From positions 186,001 to 250,000 of the forward strand of contig NMRA01000308.1 in the NCBI GenBank assembly GCA_002633005.1: DNA of 64,000 nucleotides, written 5' to 3'. Positions 47,001 through 58,900 of this stretch are shown here, one piece after another; positions within the stretch are counted from its first letter, which is position 1, and the number at the start of each line of letters is the position of its first letter. The notes under the pieces are model-generated. The model ran no database searches. It was not told the origin of the DNA and worked only from the letters and a program-made list of their open reading frames with translations. The translations under genes were made by a program, and so were the position numbers. The stretch is from Phoronis australis. Its lineage: Eukaryota > Animalia > Phoronida.

Positions 47001-50000
47001 TTTTTAATAAATATATACCAAAGACAGACACGGGCAAGATTTGATATCTACCGTACTTGGTTCTATTCTCCAACAAAGCAGGGCTAGTCGGTAAACACAG
47101 TGAAAGTGTAGAATCAAGTGCCATATATATGACACTCAAACTGTATGTCAAACATTAACCTGCACACAGTCGAAATTGAACAAATTTATTTGCTGAAATA
47201 ATACTGTTAATATAACAGCACAAAATCAAGCCCTTCCAAAGAACTTATGGACTCATTCAGGTCACTATTTGACATCAGTAGGTCAAAAACTAAAATTACA
47301 AGATGGCAGACGATTTGATTCGATGTTGAATTTGATTTGGTTAGTACTAACACACTGAACAAGAATCCCCCCCCCCCCCCCACCAATTATTTTGGTTTAT
47401 ATCCATTTGACCAAGTGGAGAATGGTGAAAAGCCTTCTGGTCCAGCCTGTCCTCCAAGGCTTCAGGATATTAACTAAAAATAAACCATGTGTAAACTGCA
47501 GCCAATTACAGAAACAAGTCTGACAGGCTCTGCAACAGACCATGATAATTCTGGCTTACATTCCATAAGTATGGACACAGCTCTCAATGAGCCTGCAGAG
47601 TGGAGGTGATAACACTAGGAGGTCATAACACTAGGAGATAACCAAAGTCTCTACACACTTATCTTGACTGATGGCCAGTGCCCACTTAATTTCACATTTG
47701 CAGAATACAAGCAGACTATCAACCACCTTCTCACATCCATCCATAAGAAAACATCAATTTACGTTGAGCAACTAAAGCCCTTTCATATCGACTTAACTCT
47801 GGTCTGAGTAGAGCGTCAACGTAAACAGCGCAGTTAACTGGACCGTTCATACTGACTTCGGCAGTAAATGAACATCGAAGTAAACGGTAGGTGACGCTGT
47901 CGTCATCGACGTCATAGCAACGTAGCACTGCACGCTAAGATTTTTTTCAATGTGACAATTTGGGAACATTTACATGAGCTGATTGACATTAAACTTATTT
48001 TTAAATCGAATGGTTATTATTAGAGCAAAATATAAGCAACTATTAGTGATGGCACTACCCTGCAACTGTTGACGATAACAGTGGCACCTGGCGATAACTT
48101 CGACTGGACTGAAGTTTACCGTTCATACTGCACCGCAGTGTCGACGCTGCGCTGTTAAATCCACCGGTTAACTGCGATGTTAACTGGAGCTGTTAACTGC
48201 GATACAGGACCGGAGTTAAGCGTTCATACTGACCGCAACTCCCCAAACCATCGACGCGTCAACATTAGCAGGAAAGGCCCTTAATAGCCAATGCTAAAAC
48301 AATTAATATCTGCTGAATAAAACAGACTATCCAGTAACTTATGCAATGGCTCAAATTAAATTTATATTTTCAACACACCCATGTTGACCCACACATCTGC
48401 CACATTGGGTCACAGGCATAGTGGCTTGATTCATTCAGGTCACAGACTGACACCACCTTCATTCAGTAATAATGTATGAATCCAGCCTACCAGATGTAGT
48501 GCTCAGGGTAATAAAGAATGATGAGCCACAAAAATGCAGGTTTATGACAGATGAGTACAATAAGAAAACCTATCAATCTGTTTTTAATTTTGCACAAAAT
48601 TCAAAGACATTAAAACTCATAAGCAAAGTTTTGGCTGAGTATAATTAAAGGCCCTTTAATAATAACTTAACTGCGGTGTGAGTGCAGTGTCGATGTAAAC
48701 AGCCAAGTTAACTAATGGTTCATACCAGCTTCGGTAGCTTAAAACGGCATCAGAGTAAACGGAAAGTGATGGTGTCATCATCAAAGTAATCGCAAGGTAG
48801 CGCTGATGCATCCTGTGAACACTAAGATTTTTTAAATGGGACAATTAACAAGAATCACGTCAAATACATCATGAACAGTTACAATAACTGCAATCTACAC
48901 TTATCCAGCTTTCGTTGCTTGTGAGCAGAACAAATAAAACCCAGTGTGGTAAAAAATAGCCTCAGGAAGGCTAAGGAAAGTGATTGCCAGGAGAACTCCA
49001 GAGTATGTTAAACTATGCCCATCACCAACAAAGGTCAAGACTGTTTCCACCTGAGTTCAACACTTCACATGTTATTACAACCATGTTCTACACTTTTATC
49101 TCATGTAGTGCAGTAACATTTAGTCACAGACAGCAAGTATCAAAATCTATTATTGTCTGGAATACACATTTAAAGATTAAATCCAAATTTCTGTCCCACT
49201 GAATTTGAGTCGGTATCAAGTTTAAGTCATTTTCACACTCTAATTACTCTAGACTACACCAATAAGAAAAGTCTGATAAAATACTTGAAATTTCAAATTG
49301 AGTAATTAAAATAAAAATCAAAAACTCTACTTAGATCTAATAGCCCTCTGCCCCCCAATATATCCAGAACTTCAAACCCCTCCACTGCTTGCATAATAGG
49401 TAGGTCAATAGCTGAGGGGTGGTTGAGGCTATCATGCAGTGACACATGAGGGCTATGTCAACAGCAGAGTTATACAAGGGAAACAATTCCACATAAGGAA
49501 CAATAAGTTACAAATATGGGTAGTTCAAGTTCACTCACTCCCAAGTCATTCTACACAATGAACAGCAGATAAACTATGTATACTCTTGGTTTCGCTATTC
49601 ACCTGAGAACTTGCCCATTAATTTTTAATTATGCATAATGATCACTCTATCAATGAAAGCATTATTCTGATGAAAACATAGATTAACTATCTTTATTTTA
49701 ATTATCTTTATTTATTAACGCCTCTAGGTACCTCTTTGTCTCACACTAGCTCAGTAACAACCTTGCTTCAACAAGTCTCCGTTTCCCCATTTGATGCCCA
49801 GGGTTTTGGAACAAACCGGAATCCCTGGATCAGTGTACTTTGGACCAATGTACACATTTCAGTATACTTCTTATCAGTAACATGATTAGGCCTGGTATTT
49901 AATTGCTGGTCTTATTTATTAAACTGTACAAGGTAGGGGTTATCCGGGTTAGCAATATGTGGATTTTTACACTTGGCAAGTGGGCAAATCGGCCGTCTAA

Positions 50001-53000
50001 ATACAACACTAACACATTTTTGAAAAATTGCACTTTTTATCATCGTGCGTCCTGAGGGCACAGGTTCAAAGGTAGTCAGGTATATCCTTGACATAATGCA
50101 TCAGTGACACATCTAGTGAACACTTACTACAGTGGGAGTAGCATCAACATGCCTCAACAAAGCATGTGGTATCATCTCACCAAATTAAGACACAATTCGG
50201 TGAACAAGTCCAAATTTGCACGTTTTTCGTAAGAGGATAAGTAGCACCAATGAAAGCTCTGTCATGTTAAAGTTTTATAGCTAACAACAAACAATGTTTT
50301 GAGCAGTTGAAATCAAAACAGTGATTGGAGTTAACTATAAAACCTGAAGATGACAAAGCCTTCATTTGGTGCTACATATCAATTATGGTAATAACCTTGT
50401 GTGATACTAATGAATTCTACTGTAACCACAGCAGACACAAGTATTGTTTAATGTGCTACCAGTTTTCCTCATTATTTTGGCATTGCCTTGGCTACCTATT
50501 TTCCTGGTTGCACAAGCATTGCATAGTAGTCTGGATATTGAATGTGCAGCAGTATAACCCTCAACCTATTATGTTCACAAGAGCCCTGTCCTGAGCAATA
50601 TTTGTGAGGAGAGCACCATGTCTCAGGAGTACAACGATGCCCACATCACCATTGTACATAGACAAATGAATACAGCATTAATCAAGTAATTTGGAAGATG
50701 TGATTCGCAACTTCTCAGATGTCCAGGACAAGCATAGATCCAGACTTGCCCAGAAGTATTGAGTCACAAGAGTATCATGTGACTAATGCAGGTCACACAC
50801 AGCAAGACACTGGCTTCTTTTGTCAAGATCACAGTGGTTTCAAGTTTACTCTGGCACAGAGCCAAGAGATAAAGCATTGCCCAAGGCACCACAAGCCCAG
50901 TGAAGCAAGGATTCAGAACTGACTTTGCAAAAAATTACTATTGATACAGTAAATACAACAGACCAATGCAAAACAAAAGACAAGTTTATAATCCTTGGCC
51001 ATAAGACATTGAAACCAAAAATATATGAATTTTGAACTAGAACTAATGTACGCCTGTTAACCTGAGTCAAGTGTATCACACACATATACACCTCCGTTAT
51101 CTTATATTCATGATGTACTAAGTACATTCATATATTTGGAACAAAGTGGGTACATTTTATGCTTACCAAGATGGAACTTATGATTGAAACCAAGCATGTT
51201 ATATAGCCTAGTATTAAAAATTATGCTTGATGAGTTGAGCAGGGCATGACTTTGTCACTCACAGGTCGCCATGTGCATCTAAAAGTAGCATTTGAAATCA
51301 AATAAAAAATGATAGCACCACTGTCGATTGCAAAAGATGGTTTCTACTCGCCTGCTATTTGATCACAGCTTTTGAATTGTCTGGTCAAGTATTTGATCAA
51401 CCAGCTGGGCAACAAACTCATGGTACATATAAACTTTTGACGCCCAATTTCAGGCATTTTTAGGGCCTGTAATAGGCTACTTAATACGAATTTAAGGCCT
51501 CGTCAATGACTGTTTGAAAGCAGAAAATAGCCTGATGAGCACATAATGAAATCCTATATACTATATATGACTACGTTACCACCTTCAAATTTGCTTTAAG
51601 CTATAATACTCTTTAAATGCAAAAGTACCAGTTAGAGTTAGTCTTTTAGTTAACAATCCATGTCTTCAAAACTGTTCTGATCAATAAGCAGACAGTGTTT
51701 AAAAACAGTCTGTATCAATACCAGTCAGTGTCTTTAAAACAGTTCTTATCAATAAGCACTTAGTGCGAACGACTTGCAAAAAATACAGGAATGTTCGATG
51801 ATTTCTTGACGATCAGCTGTTTGCGTTTCACAATAGCCGCACGCGACTTCATAGCACCCAGCCCCATCATTCCCAGGAAAATTTCTTTTTTTTGCATACA
51901 ATGTGTTATGAGTACTATATACTTGCATTAGGCTAGCGAGGTCTTGTACACCAAATTCTGTTGAAAATGGCCTTCCCCATTCTCAATTCTGGGACTCACA
52001 AAATGGCAGTAGCCGTGATCTAATACCAAGTTTACTAAGGAGGAGGCGTCCTGCAGAAAGAACACCCTAAAACCTGCAACTCTAACACCTAGTGGATGAT
52101 TAAACAACTATAATGAACCAATCTGACAGCCCTCAAAACAAAATGGCAACAGGTTGTGTTGTACTTTCAAAATAGTATGTTAGTCTTCTGACTATTTTTG
52201 AACATATGAATTGATGTGAATTTTGTTGACGATAACGACATGAAGAATCCATTCTCAATAATATACAGTGCACATGCAAGCCAGAATGGACAAAAATGCG
52301 CATACAACAAAGAGATGGGAAAAGCTAGGTTGGACCAAAGAAATACCTTAGTAAGAAGGATTGACTACAGTGTTTGTGTCATTTTCTTGTGACATGTCTG
52401 GTCTCTAGATTATGTTTTAGAGGACAATGGTTCATTGGAAAATCCTTAAGTCGTGTCCTGCTGAGGACCAATTAAATCATTTATGAACTCTCTGCAGTTG
52501 GCCAGCTTGAAGTAAATTGCTTTTACTGAACCTTTTTCAACTTCTCAACAATACAAAAACAAGTTCTCCTGGCTAAAACAAATGCTTCATCAACGCAACA
52601 GAAATCATTTTTAAATGACTGAACACTTGTGTAATAGTGTTAAAGAGGGAAAGCCAGCTCAACCTATACACAAACATCAATGTACACGAGTTTGAAAACA
52701 AATCGTGTGGACAAGGTGCAATAGCAAGCTAAACTGTACAAGCTCAGCTTATCAAAAACTTGACAATTTATCATAAAATTCCAGTAAGTTCAACCTCCAG
52801 CAACAAAACCCTCACTACGTTGGTAAAAATACAGATCTTTCTGAACAATTTTGCATCAGCCTATCTGGTACCACTAAGATTCATATATAGAGAATGGGCA
52901 ATGGTTAACACCAAACAGTACTAGCTGAAATTCACAACTACTGTGTTCTATTTTGAAATTACTGTAAAAATTGTTCAAACTGGTAAGATCCCACAGCTCA

Positions 53001-53280
53001 AACTGCAGTCTTAAAAATTTCTAAAGGCACAACACTTGACTTAGACAAGTTCTGAAGATTTGTCCTGATGTTGTTTGATGTCAGTGAGTTGACGTACACA
53101 GAAATAAGAAGGAATGAAATTCTATCTATGAAAAATTCTCACTATTATGTTAAAATATCTTACCTGCTGAAGTGGAGCACCCATGAAGTAGATTGGTTTC
53201 CATGATTGATTCTGCTTGTAAAGGGCCTGCCTAAGCATCTCTACTAACTGACCACTATCAAGACCGGCATGAAGCATCAT
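43800..53280 (-). CDS. CCNI: Cyclin I, complete, 6 coding exons, ~330 aa
   Basis: Cyclin box WLSKLNETFRFYPETLALSVTILDRFL..PKYLRCIAVSCFYLAAK, LRMERIILDKL, and cyclin-I-type tail KRKVDQ..DDIYACLKRLYNDD; all introns phase 0. Confidence 0.96.
44360..44590 (-). CDS. CCNI: Cyclin I coding exon 5
   Basis: tag|LHALLLCKCPHLL...LALALVSLELE..PDWL...QQMTT|gtatta. Confidence 0.93.
45356..45496 (-). CDS. CCNI: Cyclin I coding exon 4
   Basis: tag|VIPSVRDLV...LRMERIILDKLQWKLDTVTPLHFVHI|gtaagt. Confidence 0.95.
45829..45903 (-). CDS. CCNI: Cyclin I coding exon 3
   Basis: cag|VRPKYLRCIAVSCFYLAAKTSEEDE|gtaaat. Confidence 0.95.
46155..46289 (-). CDS. CCNI: Cyclin I coding exon 2
   Basis: cag|VCSVGPSHRAEIVQWL...ILDRFLQTVK|gtttgt. 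Confidence 0.94.
47776..48281. mobile_element. Harbinger/PIF-like MITE in cyclin I intron 1
   Basis: TAA flanks, imperfect TIRs AGCCCTTTC / GAAAGGCCCT; partial relative at 48649..48845. Confidence 0.6.
53164..53280 (-). CDS. CCNI: Cyclin I coding exon 1
   Basis: MMLHAGLDSGQLVEMLRQALYKQNQSWKPIYFMGAPLQQ|gtaaga; aligns with the vertebrate CCNI N-terminus. Confidence 0.85.
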
Positions 53281-53309
53281 GATAGCTGGACACCGTCTCC
53301 CCACACCAT
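53277..53309 (-). promoter_or_regulatory. uORF (MVWGDGVQLS*) whose stop overlaps the cyclin I start codons
   Basis: Out-of-frame ATG 29 nt upstream, inside the same exon; its TGA lies within ATGATG. Confidence 0.55.
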
Positions 53310-54249
53310 ACACCTACAACCCTGTAAAAACAAATCTGGTCAACAATGATGGCACAGGCAATAGCTTAAGACAAAGCAGGAGTGACTAGGCGTCATTCAG
53401 TGACTGTTTTGCCTAGAAATCAACGACAACCGAAAAAGAATCTTGGTAGACAAGTTTCAAAGAGTTTCATTTATCACTGTGAAATGTGATTTTTTACATC
53501 ATGAACACTATCTCATGCTTGCCATTGTTAGACATTGTCATGATGGTGAATCAAGTTGTTAGTTTTCCACAAGTTCATAGCACTTGCCGAAATGGTCATA
53601 AATACAGCGTAAAATGAAAGGTTGGACAATATCTTTGTATCCTGCATTTAAAGTTTCACCAAGCAATTTTTTTCAATATTTATTAGCAGCTATTCAACAG
53701 CTGATTTAGTGTTTGAAAGCATCCAGATCTCCGAACTAATGTCAGGCCTGTACTTATATGCATGTCAACCGGAGAGCAGTATGAAATGAAAATACTCACC
53801 AATATAGACCAAGTGTAGTTACCGTACCTGATAACTCGTGTGACATCTATAGAACTTTTGAAGCTAAGCGAAATTGAATCAAGAAATCCAAAATGATAAC
53901 TGAAGACTAGCCAGCCAGCTAGTAGGCAACACGTAGCCCCTCAGTTGGCAGGTAACGGACTACTAGTACAATACTTCACATCACTTTCCACATGTCGTCC
54001 CATGTATTTTAAACCGGCAGTAGGCCAAATCTGCTCACCGATTGAGAGTTTTCACCTAGTCAAAAATACATTCTACACTTACAACTAATGACTTACAAAA
54101 GCGCTTACTTTCTTCGGTGTTCCTTTCTACTGCTATACATATGTTTGATGAAGTATAGCTACGACAATTAAGGTAACTTCAGCGAAGAACTCCAACTCCA
54201 CTTTTTGGTCATTGTTAACTTTTTCACCAAGCACGATAACCACAAAGGC

Positions 54250-55935
54250 ACAAAGTATTTCAACTGTCACGTTAGTTAGGCAAAGGCTAACGCAAGACTG
54301 AGCGAAGCTCGTGACGCTGACGCGTGACACTTGCAAAATAGCATGGGAAGGTATCAGGTGAAATTTGTAAGATTTGTGTCCCTTTGACATTTATTAGTCG
54401 TGATTTCATTTAACTTCCTCGAAATGGCACCCAGTAAGAGAAACTCGAGCAAACCGCAACAGATTTTCATCAATTTCTTCAAATTATCGTGACTGAATCG
54501 TCTTCATACTTATGGTATGTGTTAATTGTAACTCCATGTGCATATATACATGTTTCATTTGATTTTATATCCTGTATTTTGAATCCTGTATTTTGAAATT
54601 CGTAACTTTTTGTGGAGATGAACTATCGCCCCTGTATGCCGGCGGCATCCAGGGCGATGTAATTGCCCAGCTAGCTGCCTGAAGACTATAATTTAGCATG
54701 CAGATTTGCACCAATTACAAGGCTAACCGAAGACTACACACCTTGTCCTTGAAAAATTTAACATGGGTTAGGCCAACTGCGAAATCAATCACTGAGATCA
54801 CTGTGGAAGTTTTAATGTCAACGGGTTTTTCCGCCCTCAAGTGGAATCTTGACAAGAACAGACAAGACTTTTGACAGCTGAAATTATGTTACTTACCTCC
54901 CCGTTTACACGGCCTTGTTTCAGTTCCGAACCGGTTCTGTGGTCCATGCAGGTTTCTCGAAACGTAATTTACTGCTGGTCTTCCATTTTCATGGTTGTAT
55001 ACACACACGGAACCTTCAAAAAGGAAGAAAATTGGGAGAGTATATACGACACAGTTCGCCGTTTCACTGTTTGTGGTCGTTTTGCAGCTGAGTTTGTTTT
55101 GTATTAATACACGTATAGCGTCAGATAAATTTTGCTTATTTTATCTTGGATTTGTGCAATTATAACACATTAAAGTCACATAAATAATTTTAGCATGAAG
55201 TATGTCACGGCGTTATTAAATAATACATCGATGCCATTCCATGCGCCAATGAGTGAAAAAATATGAACTATATTGTTAAAGAACTACTACATTACAAATT
55301 GTAGGGGTAATTTGGTTTTCAATTGTCTTGTCGTGTTTTCCAGTTTTCAATAAGTTGAGGCAAAAATTATTGTAAGGAATTTGGGCTTATGGCATTTTAT
55401 GACATTTTCAATAGCCTATCAGATGGTGAATTGTTGTTTATAAAAGTTATGTTATTGAGCTGAAGAAAATTCTAGAAACAGGTTTCCCTGTCATATTGTC
55501 ATTATCATAATGTATGCAGAAGCTCTATAAATAACAGCCAATTATATTAGGTGTAACAGAAAAGGTCATGGTTACGTGTCATGTGGTCCTTCACTACCAA
55601 TGAAAAAGCATCATAACTAAGTTAGTTTGAGCGCCAAGTTCAAAACGATGTTTATGTTTTCCAGAGGGTTGGTTTGGGTAGTCTGCTGCGTTTGAAATTC
55701 ATATTTGATTATTATTTGTAAAAAATCTTTTCCACAATCATGGGTTTCTAATTGATTGCAAGAAGAAGTATTAGTAGGAATGCACACAAAGCATGGGCCT
55801 AGACACTGGTCAGATGACAGAGAGAATGGGCGATGTTGAGGAACTTGACAGACGTATTGTTGCAGGTGACACAACAACAAAATCGACAAAGGAAGGCGAC
55901 GTTTCCGCCAAAACAAACATATTTGGCGAGAAAAA
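54250..55935. promoter_or_regulatory. Probable divergent promoter interval between cyclin I and cyclin G
   Basis: Between the 5' ends of two divergent genes; TGACG half-sites at 54312-54322, E2F-like TTTCCGCCAAAA at 55902 and TTTGGCGAGAAA at 55922; candidate non-coding exon donors on - at ~54105 and ~53797. TSS not determinable. Confidence 0.5.
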
Positions 55936-55939
55936 TGAG

Positions 55940-55957
55940 ATGGGCAGTTGCAGTAAG
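55940..55957 (+). CDS. CCNG: Putative cyclin G start exon (MGSCSK)
   Basis: gagATGg context, phase-0 donor aag|gtaaag compatible with the next exon; the alternative is an unspliced in-frame ATG at 58514. Confidence 0.45.
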
Positions 55958-58900
55958 GTAAAGTGAATAGATTTGTAAAATTAGATGCTTTTGAGAATTA
56001 TTATTAACGCTTAGTCGTAATTTGCCTGCAGTTTGACACTAGAGTCTAGAGACAGTTATCAGCTGATCAGTTGTCAGCAGTAGACACAGTTTATAGTTAA
56101 TTGTTGCAGCCCAAACTGATGCCTGGGCCAAACTGATTTGACTTATTTCAATTTGGCATGGGTTGGTGAGCCAAACTTATGTCTGCGCCATATTGAAATT
56201 CCAAAGTTACTACCAGTGGTTTATGGGTTTTCTGAATTGTCAGGGCTCGGAATCGCGAATTTTTGTTTTCGAAACGAACTCAAAATTATTTTTGGCAATT
56301 TCTGTGCTACTTTTGTGCAAACTCAAGATAAGTGGTTATTAGACTGTGCTCGAATACATTATAGTTTACGCATATGAGTTTCTAGTCCAAGTTTTCACCT
56401 GATGACCCTTGTAATTGTATCCGTGCTACAAACTCGAGTAAAAGCTTCGAATTACGGTGTTTTCCGGTTGCTCCCAGCTTGTATCTAGCCTGACTGGGCT
56501 GTGCTGTTAAAAATAAAAGTTAAGTTATAACATATTTGAACATAAACCAATAGCATTTCTGAATTCCTTGTCAAATGCTGATCATGTTTAGTTTTGGAAT
56601 CACCAAAATCGCCTAACTACAACCTAAGTTATGACAATCTATTCTTTCCGAACGTACCAATTTGCTCTGGGTTTGACTGTGACATGTGGTCTGTAATAAG
56701 CCTGGTAGATAATTAGCCTGCCCTGCTGTCATAATAGACAAAAAGACTGTGCTAGGCAGTTAACAAAGGAGTTAGATGTTATCACAGGCTCACAACCCTC
56801 TACCTCTGGTAAAGTCACTGAACGATAGAATGCAGTAATGTGCCGCACACAGTGTTAAGAATGGCCAGTTTCCGATTTTGGGAACTGAATAAAGGACTGC
56901 TCGAAGAAAAAGTTTGATGACGGAAGTATTTGTTTGATATGGAAGGAATTAAAGACATCGACGGCCTCCTAAGATGTGTTTCTATGCGCAAAAGGTACAT
57001 AAAACAATGCGACTTTGATTTTTTAATCAGTGTCAGGCACAATTCGCCGTAAAGCTTCCATCTCCACTGATTCAGCTAGAGATGGTGGTCACTGTCTAAA
57101 GGATTAATTGCATTGGGAAAGCGCTCTGAGTAAATATTACGCTCCACCCCGCACTCATTGCCGTCAATTTTGGTTTTGTAATCATTTAAAAACCTACTAA
57201 ACCAATGACAGTAATTTAGAAACTTACAGTAGCTTCAGTTAGGTGGAGCCATCAGTTTTGGCTGCAACAGTGACACTGTCTTGACTAGCAGTTGAGGCGG
57301 TGCCGAAGTCCAAAAGTTTTTCACCAAATTATGCCTAACACTAATTACATTACAGCGTTCTGTCGTTCAGTAACTTTTCCATACGTGAGGGGTGCTGAAC
57401 GTGCGATAACATCTGGCTCTTTTGTTAACTGCCCAGCTCAGTCTTTTGTCCTGTATGATAACAAGCAGGCCAATTATCTCCCAGGCTTCAAAGGAAACGC
57501 ATAGTGGTTGCACGCAATTACCGAACGCGTATTCACAACACAGAGTCAAACCCAGTGCGTTGGTAATCGGTTTGGACAGAATAGACTGTCTTAAATTCTG
57601 TTGTAGTTGGGCGATTTTGGTGATTCAAAAACGGAACATGATCAGCATTTGACAAGGAATTCAGAAATGCTATTGGTTTAAGCTCAACTATGTTATAACT
57701 TAACTTTCATTTTTATCAGCCCAGCCCAGTCAGGCTAGATACGCTCTGATCGGAGATTAGAGCAATTATCGAACAAAAGAGCGCAGGCCCTTCAACCATA
57801 AATGCCAGAATGATGGAGTTGATCAGTCGTGTAAGATATTGGCTGCGGGGCTAAACTGATCAACTTCTTGTTGGGCTATAGAATCGAACAAGTTGGGAGC
57901 AACGGGATGTCGCCGTCATGAAACCATTAAAGTCTCATTGCTATAAGTACCTGTTGCGCATAGAGGCCGTGGGTGTCTTTAATTCTTTCCAACTCGAACA
58001 AATACTCTTGCAATCAAACTTTCAAGCAATCTTTTGTTCAGTTGCCCGAATTGGCAAATGACCACTTTTACACCGCTCACGCTAGTTGCTATGATGCCAT
58101 TTTCAATCATTGGTTTCGTTATGCAGAAAAAATGGCTTTTCAAACATGGCTTAAGATTTTAAAGATGGCTCAGGGCTTCTCACACATGGCTCAGGTCTCC
58201 TCAGACATAGCTCAGGTCTTCTCAGACGTGGCTCAGGTCTCCTCAGACATGGCTCAGGGCTTCTCCGTCAGACATGGCTCAGGGCTTCCCAGACATGGCT
58301 CAGGGCTCCTCAGACATGGCTCAGGGCTTCTCAGACATGGCTCAGGGCTTCTCAGACATGGCTCAGGGCTTCTCAGACATGGCTCTATATTACCAAACAC
58401 AATCCTGCAGGATGTTTGGTTACATGAAGGACAACACAGAATATTATCTTGGTGTTCAGATCAAGAATGTTCTCTTTTTGTTAATAGTCAAAATCAAGTG
58501 ACGTATTGAAGTAATGCCTTGTAGCAAGCTCTTGTTCATATGTTTATCTACACATATTCTTGTGAAGGTATCACAAACATCCAACTATCAACAGTTGTTG
58601 GTGCTGCTTCAGACATCATTGCAACAGCGCAACAAGTTCCAGCCAAGTGATGCAGCATTCCTGAAAGAAAATTGTCGCGTGAGCTCTTATTTTTGTACAT
58701 CTTTTTTACTAAGACCCTTTGTAACATAATAATTCTAAAGTGGGTCGATTGGAAACTTTCGCACACTATGGTTTATGTACTCTTCTCTAATTGTTGTTAG
58801 GATTTGTTTCGAAATTGTTCCACTTTCGCAAGATTGGCAATAAAATGTGCCTTTTTGGTTTTGATAAAAATTAGGCTCACTATATGGTTTTGATGATAGG

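Noticed and set aside
54850-54870. p53 element TGACAAGAAC-AGACAAGACT in the cyclin intergenic region
   Set aside because: Four mismatches to consensus; expected by chance
55940-55960. N-myristoylation signal in MGSCSK
   Set aside because: Lys at position 6 breaks the usual G-x-x-x-S/T pattern, and the exon itself is uncertain
57973-58509. ORFs with RHGSGLL / MAQGFSD repeats
   Set aside because: Frames of the 21-bp minisatellite in the cyclin G intron
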